DNA of 62,774 nucleotides, the filler included. It is 13 parts of 13 records of this genome, joined end to end, with 100 filler letters (N's around TTAATTAATTAA, not from the genome) between each part and the next. Parts side by side here need not be neighbours in the genome. Positions count along the whole stretch, not along the records: positions 1 to 5,802 come from SRR7504441_53837; positions 5,903 to 9,406 come from SRR7504441_53861; positions 9,507 to 14,172 come from SRR7504441_53865; 10 more parts are not named here. One strand, written 5' to 3'. Every line of letters starts with the position of its first letter. Position 1 is the stretch's first letter. This document shows positions 1 through 9,795 of the stretch, one piece after another. The notes under the pieces are model-generated. The model was not told the origin of the DNA. It searched no databases and worked only from the letters and a program-made list of their open reading frames with translations. A program made the position numbers and the translations under genes.

Positions 1-130
1 GAGTCGTACACCGGGCAGCAGCTGCGCCCCCCGAAGCACCCGGGCATGCCCACTGGCGCCCAGACTCGGCGCCGACGTCCGGCAAATCCCACCGAGGTGA
101 CCGTTACTGTGTGCTGTTGCGATCTGCACA

Positions 131-853
131 ATGACCACTGCCTCAGCAGGCGCCACAGGTTGGGGAAGCTCGGCTGTTTTGACCATACTGGCTGCCAGTC
201 TGGTCAGCGCAGTGGCAGGCAGCGGTGGACTGGCCGCAGACGTGTCGTCGCTCACCTCCGTGGCCGACTGGCAGTGCTTCCAGGCCCGAGCCGGTATTAC
301 CACGGCGATCGTCCGTGCGTGGCACTCCTACGGCGCCCCGGATCAGCACGCCCCGGCCAGCTTGCGGAACGCCCGGGCTGCAGGGATCTCTGACACCATG
401 GCTTACTTGTTCCCGTGCTTCAGCAAGCAGCCGGCGGCACAGCTCAATCAAACCTTGGCCGGGCTGGGCTCCGCCAGGGGGCTCGTGAGGCGGCTGTGGC
501 TGGATATCGAGTACAACCCGTCGGCCGGCTGTGGCTGGTCTACCGATCTGGCCGCCAATTGCGCATTCATTAAAGATCTGGTGGCCTCGGCTGGGGTTGC
601 GGGCATGCCAGTGGGCGTTTATGCCAGCCATCGAGAATGGGAGGCAGTGGCCGGTGGTAGCAGCTGCGATTTGTCAGAGGACGGGCTTCCGCCGCTGTGG
701 TATGCGCACTATGACCACAACAGCTCCTCGGCGTGTGCCGACTTCGAGCAGTTCGGTGGCTGGACTGCGCCGACACTGAAGCAGTACGACAACAAAGTCT
801 CCGGCGATTGCGCTGCGGGCGTGCAAGCCGACATCTCCTGCCGATGCCTATGA
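131..853 (+). CDS. Secreted GH25-family lysozyme (protist/nematode type), intronless
   Basis: Hydrophobic N-terminal signal. Motifs ADVS, IVRAWHSYG, YLFPC, WLDIE (catalytic DxE), GVYAS..W, LWYAHYD and FGGW..P..KQY match amoebozoan/ciliate/nematode GH25 lysozymes. Confidence 0.85.
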   Translation: MTTASAGATGWGSSAVLTILAASLVSAVAGSGGLAADVSSLTSVADWQCFQARAGITTAIVRAWHSYGAPDQHAPASLRNARAAGISDTMAYLFPCFSKQPAAQLNQTLAGLGSARGLVRRLWLDIEYNPSAGCGWSTDLAANCAFIKDLVASAGVAGMPVGVYASHREWEAVAGGSSCDLSEDGLPPLWYAHYDHNSSSACADFEQFGGWTAPTLKQYDNKVSGDCAAGVQADISCRCL

Positions 854-897
854 ATGGGTTATTAAATATCGTGCGAATCTGCTTTATACTATGCGTG

Positions 898-2074
898 CTA
901 TAGTAAGTCGGTTAGCTTAGCTCTAGTTTGCTCGACTAACTTAGCAAGGTCATCAGTCATAGGCCCTTCGCCAACCGTGCTCAGCCAACGCTCAAGCAAC
1001 TGCCGGCAGTCCGCCGGCCGATCGCTGGGGCTCTCTGGCGGGGCCCCGGCCGGCTGCGGCATCAGCGGACTCACACTGTTAACGATTGTTTTGTCTGGGA
1101 GGACACTGAATCCGATCTCGAGACCGTCGATCGTGATGTTAAAGCTTTCCTGGGCCATCTGCGAGCCGCGGCCCTGGTGCACCGAGCGCGGGTCCTGCGC
1201 CACCACCTGCAGCACAGCATGCTCACTATATGCGATACTACTTGCACAGTGCTAATTTGGCCACTGTACCTGCTGGACACAAAGCCGCAGCTGTTCCGGG
1301 CGATGAGCATACGCCCTGAGCACCAGCCGGGCGGTCCGCTTGTTCAGCCCCCGCCGGGCCGCCCCCGGTTCGCTGGCCAGCCGTTCGAGCGCCTCGCTAG
1401 CCTCCGGAGAGAACTCTACAATCTCGCGCTCGGTGGCCCCGCTGTTGTGCCCTACCCACTCCGGGACTGCGCACTGGGGCACCGCGTCGTACGGCACGTA
1501 TGGCTTGATGTCCAGCACCGGGGTGCCATCCACCAAGTCCACCCCGCCCAGCCGGATGGTCCTGTCTTGTGGATCGACCCCCAACAGCGCGCACACCGAC
1601 AGACCGATTGGATTGGGCCGGTGCGGCGACCTGCCCGTTACCGTTGGGACCCGATGCCAGCCACGGCCCGCACCGAGTGGCGAACACCCCGGTCTTGCCC
1701 CCCGCCAGTCGCGGGGCCGCCACCCGGGACGGCCAAGTCCGGCCCTTCCGCCGGGCCCGCGCCTGTGCCCCGCCGGACCAGGCCTCGCCGTACTTGAGGC
1801 TGGGCCCGGGCGCGTCGGCGGGGCTCAACGGGTCGCAGTTCTCGGAGAACATGAACAGCACCCAGACGTGCGAGTACTCGGCCAGACCTTGGAGCGACTC
1901 CGGCTGGATCCGCCGCACGAACCGGACGACGGCCTCCGCCGCCGGGACCAGCGCCGCCTGGCGCGGGCAGCCTCGCCGGTCCGGGAAGGGCGACTCGACC
2001 TGCGGCCGGCCGGTGAGCCCCGCTCCGGGAGGCGGCTGGACCGCTCCAACAGCCTCGAGCTCCCACGAGGACAT
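898..2074 (-). CDS. TRMO: tRNA m6t6A37 methyltransferase, TrmO/TsaA family (multi-exon)
   Basis: Spliced product contains ESPFPDRRGCPRQ, L.GL.EYSHVWVLF.F, PRLAGGKTGVFATR|SPHRPNPIGLS and GVDLVDGTPVLDIKPYVPYD, then C-terminal V..QDPRS. ATG at 2074; first intron is 42 nt, GT-AG. Confidence 0.9.
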
Positions 2075-2108
2075 TGCAGTAACGGAAATCGAAACTCGCA
2101 TACAAACA

Positions 2109-3059
2109 ATGGCTTCAAGCTCGAGCGACACGGCACTCAGCGAGTCGATGGCCACCATGCGCTCGCTGGTGATGTGGGAGAACCCGACATACACCGGGGT
2201 GACCATCTTCACCATCAACCTGGTCTTCTACCTGCTCTACATCGGCGGGTGGCTCACCGCCCAGTAGCCCGCCCGAGCCGGCCACAGGTACAGCTTCCCC
2301 CAGCTGCTGATCCTCACCTTCTGGATCACCCTGGTCTCCCGGTGACCGGCCTGGCCGATTTTTCCGTTAAGATCCGGGCAGGCTGGCCTTCGTGATCGGG
2401 GTGCACACCTTTGCGATCTTCCGGCCCGAGTATAAGGACGTGCCGCACAGGTGCCCCAACCGAGGCCGTTGGGGTACGAAGGGAGGGCAGCCTGGGGGCG
2501 GCCGGCACCACCATCTCGGAGGAAGACTTCAAGCCCGTCTCCGGTGCCAGCTGTCCGTTGTTTTCCGTTGACTTGTGGGCCAGACACGATCCTGGGCGGG
2601 CTGAACTGGCTCAACTCGTTCTGCGACCGGGTGTGCTCCTGCCAGGTGAATCCAACGGCATGTAACGGATTGTAACGGTCGGTGCCAGGACATGTACCTG
2701 GTGCTGCAGGTGTTGGTCGTGCTGCACGTGGCCAGGTGTCTTAGCGGCTGAGTCACGATTTATTCGAGGGGGCAGCTACGTGGCGTCGTTCTTCTCGATG
2801 GGCACGCTGTCGTATTTGGGGCTGATGGTGACTGCCGATATTGCGAGCATTCACCGTTGGATCAGGGCATGTTCGTGATCCCACGTTTATTCCTGGAGCA
2901 CAAGGACAAGCTGATGGGCCAGCTGGAGCAGCTTCAAGGGATGGCCCACTCGCACCTGGACAAGCTGATCGAGGCGGTGCGCTATTCAGCAGGGTCCGCA
3001 CTGACAGCGCGCTGCAGGTGCCCAAGGCCAGCCAGCTCAAGCAAAAGAAAAACGAGTAG
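2109..3059 (+). CDS. Reticulon-like ER membrane protein (multi-exon)
   Basis: LVMWENPTYTGVTIFTINLVFYLLYIG resembles the reticulon LLW..P..TG start. Two long hydrophobic regions, then MFVIPRLFLEHKDKL. Exon joins are only partly resolved. Confidence 0.6.
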
Positions 3060-3240
3060 GCGGACCACGCAGGCCTGCCGTACTGCGGCGCCTAGATCCA
3101 CTTTACACACGACGACACGTATATTCACACGGGTATTACGTAGTTAGAGCTACACGTGGTATACGCATTCGATTTAGTTCACAAGGATGCTCAACTAAAT
3201 TTATACAATTTATTAACTCAACAATCCGACCGTGTCAGTA

Positions 3241-4149
3241 CTACGTAACTCCTGTACGCGCATCGGGAAGGGAGGAATCTACCTCGTCTGCGCGGCTCGA
3301 CCCCACAAGTCGGATGCGACCATCTAGTTCTATTGTCGACCGCCCAGCCAGGCAGTTCCGCATGCACCGACTTAGGGTCGGGAAGATCTGCCCAATGCCC
3401 ACGCCCCCTCTACCGGGCTTGAGACGCAGACCCAATAGCCGAAACCGCACTCGAGAGACGGGCAGTCCTAGTACGGGCCCTTCCAGCAGCGCGGCGAGGC
3501 CATCCGCAATAAGGTTCACGCTTCTAAGCATCGCAATAAGTTCCAGCTGCTCTGGCTTCATCTCGGCCACAGCTTTCTGCTCGATTTCGAGAAAGTTTTC
3601 GCCAACAAGAATGGCGCCACACGGCACAGCAGGGCGGAGCTGCGCTGCGATCAGCTGCAGCAGATGACCCTGCCCACGCAGCCAGCACAGCGGGCCGCTC
3701 TCTCCATGCACACCCAGCACCAGCTGCCGCACGCCCGGTTGATGCCAGAGCGGCCCAAAGCAAGCGTCCCACTCCTGATCGGACAGCCGCTCGGCCCGCA
3801 GCCCCAGCTTGAGCCGTCCGTTGGGGCTCAGCCCCAGCTCGTCTCCCGTGGCGCCCGCCTGAATGCTCTCTCGGGCGCTGGACGGCACCAGGATCTCCAA
3901 AGGTCCGGCCCCGGCTAGTCCTGGCTGTGCCACGGGGCTGTTCAGCTGCACTGACGCCGGACAGCCCAGGCAGCGCCCCGATCCGCGCCCGGCGAACCCA
4001 CAGCGACAGCCCAGCTCGGCCGTAAACTGCGCGGCTGCAGCGGCGGTCGTCGAGCCAGTCCGATTCTTGGCGGGTCTTGCACCTGCGTTGGGCTCGGCTA
4101 CCAGTTGTTGCACTGCTAGGCGCTGGAGGCTGTCGTCGGGCTGCGCCAT
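3241..4149 (-). CDS. 302-aa protein resembling an isolated EF-2/EFL1/Snu114 domain IV, without a GTPase domain
   Basis: Single ORF. VPSSARESI...LSPNGRLKLGLRAERL resembles EF-2 PVVSYRETV...SPNKHNRLYMKA.P. EGPVLGLPVSRVRFRL...GIGQIFPTLSRCM resembles EG.L.EE.MRGVRF....GGGQIIPTARR. Judged by eye. Confidence 0.55.
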   Translation of the reverse strand: MAQPDDSLQRLAVQQLVAEPNAGARPAKNRTGSTTAAAAAQFTAELGCRCGFAGRGSGRCLGCPASVQLNSPVAQPGLAGAGPLEILVPSSARESIQAGATGDELGLSPNGRLKLGLRAERLSDQEWDACFGPLWHQPGVRQLVLGVHGESGPLCWLRGQGHLLQLIAAQLRPAVPCGAILVGENFLEIEQKAVAEMKPEQLELIAMLRSVNLIADGLAALLEGPVLGLPVSRVRFRLLGLRLKPGRGGVGIGQIFPTLSRCMRNCLAGRSTIELDGRIRLVGSSRADEVDSSLPDARTGVT

Positions 4150-4242
4150 TGGGTGCCAGCGCGTCGCCGACTGACACCGTCACCTGCCGTGCCTCCTGAG
4201 CAATGCGTGCTGCGTGCCGTTGGAAAACTGACCAGCGAGATC

Positions 4243-4953
4243 ATGGCAAACTGCAGTGCCGATGCGTTGGGCAAGGAGTATATCAAATCGGGGCTGGGCC
4301 AGTTCGTGGGCGGCTTCCTCCTCGGGTTCGTGCCGATACTGCACTATTTCCACGGCGCCATTGCGGTGCCCCCCGCCCCCCCTCAGTCGATGAGCCGGGC
4401 GCCGTGTCCAGGGGGACGTGGGGCCGGTGTTCCTCAAGAACATGACCCTCTGGTGCGCACCCTCCATATTCTAACGGAATTGCCGTTGTTATGGATGCCG
4501 TGCTAGGTGGGGCTGCCCTGCCGTGCTGATGGAGTATGTCCTCAAGACCGGCGGGCTCGGGATGGTGGTAGTTGGGATCTGCTACGTGCTTGCCGCCCGG
4601 GGGAACGCGCCCCTGGAGATTTCCGCGGGAGAGCGGTGGGCGCCGGCGCTGTGCCACTACGGGTTGCTATTTGCGGTGACTTGGATGGCGGTCGGCTACG
4701 TGCTGTTGAACCAGCTATACCCAAACTTTTACTTCGCCCCGGTAAGCCCGTCGGCGTCTGCTGGGCCTCTCAATCACCGCATGCGTTGCAGGTCCAGACC
4801 GGCAAGAATCTGTGGCTGGCCGGGCAGCTCGTCGGGGTGACGTTTTATGTGGCTGGGATATGCGTGGCGACCAAAGCCGTGCGAGCTGTGCTCAGCGGGG
4901 CGGACCGGCGGGGCGAGGCGGCGGCGCTCACGCGCTGTGACGGGCAGCTCTAG
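4243..4953 (+). CDS. Multi-pass membrane protein of unknown function (three short introns)
   Basis: About four hydrophobic segments (FVGGFLLGFVPILHYF; GGLGMVVVGICYVLA; YGLLFAVTWMAVGYVLL; LVGVTFYVAGICVAT) joined by GT-AG mini-introns. Confidence 0.6.
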
Positions 4954-5113
4954 TTCATGACGGTTATTGGTGGGTTTTACTGATTAGATTTTACGACTGG
5001 TATAAGCTTCAGGTCACGCGGCCACGCTGTGCACTGTTGTGCACTTGTTGTACTGAGATCTGAACTCTGCGATGAGGCCGTTTTTATCCGTGTATCGTCA
5101 ATGTCGCAATGAG

Positions 5114-5802
5114 ATGTTCGTGAGCCCGAACTGGGGCTCCCCGCCGCGGTTCCGGCCAACAGGGCTGCTCGCCACCGGCGCGCTCGACCCGCGAGCCCGG
5201 CTAGCGGGACTCGAGCGGCAGCTGTCCAGGCTCCGGGCTCAGCACCACACATTTCAGCCCCGTCCGGCCGCACTGCCCTGGGCTGACCGGACAGCCGAGC
5301 TGAGCGCTCTTGTGCATGGCGAGCTGGACAAGGCGCGCGCCCGGTGCCGCCGCTCCGGCCGGCCGGTAAGCGGACCGCGCTCGGAGCCGGCTCACTCGGA
5401 CGCAACGGTCGGATATGCGCCGCCTGCCAGGGGGCTACTACCGGCGAGTGAGGCGACAGCGCTGTTCGAGCAACTGCGAGGGGCCCTGGCGCACGAGGCA
5501 GCTGCGTTGAGGGAGCGCCGGACGGAGGGGGAGCGGCGGGAGGAGCTGTGGTGCTCGGGCTGGACTGACAGGCTCAACCAGCTCGGACAGTCGGTTTCGC
5601 CTGGCCGCTCGAGGCCAGAATACAGCAGTGGCAGTGCAGACTACGGTGCGGGCTGGACTTGGCCAGGCTGAGCGTATGGGTGCAGGCGCATCTGCAGTGC
5701 AGTACGGCTCCTTGGGAGGAGGGGGTGGTGGCAGTGGAGAGTATGCGTCTCCTATGGCAGCCCTTCACGCAGCTTCCACCTCCTATGCAGCTCCCGCAGG
5801 AC
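5114..5802 (+). CDS. Hypothetical protein, probably 3'-truncated at the linker
   Basis: GC-rich ORF MFVSPNWGSPPRF... with short coiled-coil-like stretches; no family recognised. Confidence 0.35.
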
Positions 5803-5902
5803 NNNNNNNNNNNNNNNNNNNNNNNNNNNNNNNNNNNNNNNNNNNNTTAATTAATTAANNNNNNNNNNNNNNNNNNNNNNNNNNNNNNNNNNNNNNNNNN
5901 NN
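5803..5902. other. Artificial contig linker N44-TTAATTAATTAA-N44. Others lie at 9407-9506, 14173-14272, 18756-18855, 24238-24337, 29405-29504, 33064-33163, 41239-41338, 44758-44857, 48999-49098, 52892-52991 and 59444-59543.
   Basis: The same 100-bp spacer, with stops in all six frames, occurs 12 times, and flanking genes are cut at it. Confidence 0.99.
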
Positions 5903-6612
5903 ACACCATTGCTTGCCCTAGCCCGGCTGGGCATGTCACACCGCAGAGGCTGACACCACTTGGTTCCGCTTCTCGAAGAATTCAAGGAACACCTCTTCCT
6001 TCATCTCACCGTCGGGGCCCTCAGAAGGGCCACGCGTCCACACCAGTGCCGTGACCTGGTCCACCTGCCCGAAGCTCTCCCGCACCCAGCCGTTTTGCCT
6101 CACACCTGTGGCATCCCGCCCGCTGCTTCGAACGAAGCCTTGTCATCCTCCTGTCCACCGCTCAGCTGCCACCGCACCGTACCGGCTTGGGGACCAGCCC
6201 GTAGGACGGGTGTCCATTGCCAGTCACGAACTTGAAGTTTAGCTCGTCCATGTGTGCCCCAAAGTGCGGCAAGGTGTACTTACCTTTGCGTTTCTTCACC
6301 TGTCTGCCATCTGGGCCCAGATAGCTGGACAGGCAGTCGCCTCTGAGTAGAGCTTTTTAATCAGCCGCTCGTTGGGGTACTTTTCACAGAAATCTGTGGT
6401 CGTGTCCCGGGCGCTAGATGGGCGCGGCTGGAGAGCAGTCGGTGGGGCTCGAGGCGGACTGGTGGGCGGGGCTGGACCCTGACTGGCTGGGGCTGGGGTG
6501 AATCCAGCAGTCGATCGGCCAGATGTTGGGTTGGCTTCCTTCTCGTTCGACTGGCCGCAGCCCTGCACAGGGTCGCAGCCTCATGTGTGTAGCCTGCCAA
6601 GCGTTTCACCAT
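5903..6612 (-). CDS. Hypothetical multi-exon protein, 3'-truncated at the linker
   Basis: Exons can be spliced in frame through GT-AG mini-introns: ...VKKRKGKYTLPHFGAHMDELNFKFVTGNGHPSYGLVPKP|EDDKASFEAAGGMPQ|VDQVTALVWTRGP...FFEKRNQ|GKQW. Confidence 0.5.
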
Positions 6613-7404
6613 GTTTCTCTTTTGTGGCCTGACTTTGTACCGGTACCTAAGTACTTAAGTACTAGTGGAGACTTGTACGTACAGTGCCGCTAGGCTGTTT
6701 TACAAAAAAATGGTCAGGGCCAGAACTCGAGCGGATGAAGTCAGATTTGCATGGGGATTGAAGCATTCTCGTTCCCTAATCGTGTACATTATGGCAAATC
6801 AATCTGGGTATAATCTGATCTATATTTCAAATACCTGAAATTTACACGGCGTATAGGTGTATACCGACCCTATCGAGACACCCATGTACGTATACACTTC
6901 TCACATTGCAAGTAAAGTGTCTAGAGCTTGCATTAAGTCTAATCAGTCTTCTTTATCACTTTAGTTACACGATCTTTAAGAGTATCTCGCTTGAAGTACA
7001 AACCGATATCCTGCATCTTATCTACACGCGCCGGGAGGGCGATTTCCGCCCCCAACGCCCCCTAAACACCCCCCGTAGCCGGCCCACCCACTCACACTCA
7101 TCTATCCCATCCTCAATGTCTGCCTCCATTTCATTAACTCTCCCCCTCATTGCTCATATACATGTATTTATGGAACATCTATTAACAAACTAACGCCAAC
7201 AAAGAAAACTGAAACAAATAGTAATCGGCTATGAATCGGCTAAACTATTTAGAATTCAAATAATGCTTTTTTCTTCAGAATAGAAGCCTTGGCGCCAGGG
7301 GCTCCGGCCCATGCATTCTCTTGGTACAGAGGAATAACGGCACCAGGGCGATCGCACGCAGTGCGTGAATCAGCTTGATGATGGACACCAGGGCGAGCTT
7401 GAAG

Positions 7405-9260
7405 TCACACCTCGACCGCTTCATATGTGATCAGATATAACGGCAATGCTTGAGCAGTGTGAAACACCACATATTCCTCCATGGCATCTTCGGTGGGCAA
7501 CCCAGCCGTAAGCACACTGGCAGTCCGCACTGGCACTGGCCGGCCTGGCACACAGATCGAGTCAAATCCTTTGCCCGGGCGATTGCGCTTGGCGTTGGGC
7601 TTGAGCACAGTCTCTGATTGTCCCAATCCAACCATTGCTAGCAAAACTTGCCCGCTACCCTGGCTAAACCAGTGCGCCTTGCTGAAATACGGCGAAAAGT
7701 ACAGTCCTTTGCCAAAGCTATTCGACTGCTGATCCATGCCCTGATCCATGTCCTGCTGCCCAAATCCTTCGGATATCACCCGATCGAGTTGCTGTCCGCC
7801 ATACCAAAACCGGGGGTTGACTGAACTGTCATGCATTGCCTGTAGGCGGACGCCAAAACGGATCGACAGATGATGCGGCACAGCAGGCTTACTGATTGCC
7901 AGCACCCTGATTGCTGCAATCCCGTGACACTCCCTGATTGATGCGTGCACTTCGGCCTCCACCGCACAGAACTCCCTACTGAGAGCCGGCACAGGCTCCA
8001 TCCCAGTCGGCGGTGCAGCTACTGGCTCCACCGATGGGCTGCACTGCTCCAGCGGTAGGGAAGGGCCAAGGACCTGCACCTCGCGCGCGGCCAGCTCTGC
8101 GCGCAGCCTGCTATTCTCGGCGGCAACAAAACTGTGCAACCGCTGCTGCTCGAGCACCTGGCCACAGATCGTCAGCCTAGCCAGGCAAAGTAGCGGCCTG
8201 CACGCGCAGCCTTTGAATCTCGGTATGCAGCATACTCACCAGTCCAGTCTCATGCGCGTATAGTCCGGCCCGAGCCGCCTGCCAGCTGTGCACCTGTCCG
8301 GCTGGTCAGCTGTCGGATTGGGCCTGGTAAGCCTGTTGGCTTATCAGCTGCATGCTGGCGTACTCCTCTTGGGCCTGTTTGCTCTGGTGCAAAACAAACC
8401 GCTCTGGTTGGTCAAAGCACATGGGCACTGCGTCCAGCCCAGGCTTCAGCAATCCAGAGAACCGGGAGGCCAAAATTGGATCATCGCTGAACCCAATCTG
8501 CCGAAAGAACTCGACGGCCTGCCGAGGCACACTACCCAGCAAATAGGCTGGATCTCCCCCCAGCTGCCTGTTCTGAAGAAGCTGCACCAGTCCACGCCCC
8601 ACCCCTCGCCGACGCCAGCTGGGGTGCACTGCGATTGCGGTTAGTTGGACCACAGTGCCCCGAGCGCCGCAAGGCTGCCAACAGGCCAACTGTGGGTCAG
8701 CGGCCGCTGTGGCAAGCTCAAAACACATGCAGCCCACCAGTCGCCCAAACAAGCCACCAGCGACCTCATTGTCCTCCTGGTCCTCTTCGCTCTCTTCGTC
8801 ATCCTGGGAGCTGCTGTCACTCCGGTGGTCCAGAAGGCTTGGCTCGGCTTCGCTCTCGCTCCCCTTAGAATCGGGATCACTGTCCAGCTCCAACTCCGAA
8901 AGCTCCAAATCGTCAAGCCGCGCCAGCTCGGCCGCGCTGCCTGGAACCTCCAGTGTCTGGGTGCACCCACATGGTAGCAGCGCACATACAGTACTCACCC
9001 GATCATCCTGCCGGTCTAGTCGGTCGGCCAGCCTGGCCTGGCGGTGCCTGCAGCATCTGGTTGAGCGACCGGCCGTTCCATCGGGGCAAGCTTCGGCGGA
9101 TCAGTTGCAGCACCGGTCCGATCGCCTCCCACCTGCTGTTGCTGTGCAGCTGCCACAGCTCAATTCGGGTTCCCCTGGGACGCACCTGCAGACTGACGGT
9201 GTACAATCCAGTAATGACCCCGGTGTCCGGGTCGGTCACCTCGATCGACGGCCCGCTCAT
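7405..9260 (-). CDS. Fusion of a GCN5-like GNAT acetyltransferase, a coiled coil and a PARP-like ADP-ribosyltransferase domain
   Basis: GNAT motif A (IAVHPSWRRRGVGRGL) and motif B (AVEFFRQIGF). PARP motifs FGKGLYFS..FSKA, VLLAMVGLG, GFDSI and EEYVVF..AQALPLYLITY. The three track ORFs join in frame through GC-AG introns near 9005-9045, 8294-8330 and 8158-8197. Confidence 0.7.
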
Positions 9261-9795
9261 ACTGAATGTTGCCGCCAGGCGCCTCTTTGACTTTTTCAAG
9301 CACACTAGAGTACTCTACAGGTAGTCTAGTCTATAGTTGTGTAATAAACTTCGAAATGCGTACAATCATAATCTTCGAAAAGTGTGTAATATCATTGGCG
9401 AAACTTNNNNNNNNNNNNNNNNNNNNNNNNNNNNNNNNNNNNNNNNNNNNTTAATTAATTAANNNNNNNNNNNNNNNNNNNNNNNNNNNNNNNNNNNNNN
9501 NNNNNNCTGGAGGAGCGCAGAAAATATAGTTAGGTAGCATTTAGTTACCTAATAAAACCCGAGTTGTACGGTCACGGGTGCGTGCGACGGGCTGTCCAAC
9601 CTAGTCGGTCAGACCGGGGAGGATACCCTCACGACATTAAAAGGTGTCTAAACGGCATTGATGAAACTGCAAGGAAGTTATAAGGAAGTTGCATTACTTT
9701 GCTCTGCAAGGCTGATCCCATGAGGTGGTAGATTACTTCAGATAAGATGAGTCAGATGACGCGAGCGAACGCTGCAACTGTCTCATTTGCAGCGC

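Noticed and set aside
1340-2395. Long overlapping or antisense ORFs, here and throughout the track
   Set aside because: These are shadow ORFs expected in high-GC coding DNA; recognisable proteins occupy the other frame or strand.
5803-5902. TTAATTAATTAA repeated 12 times, as a possible repeat family or array
   Set aside because: It is always centred in exactly 88 Ns and is an assembly linker; gene neighbourhoods across it are not real.
6613-7400. Long AT-rich non-coding stretch as a possible transposon remnant, including ORF 6906-7193
   Set aside because: No terminal repeats, target duplication or transposase motifs are visible, and the ORF lacks the coding bias of real genes here.
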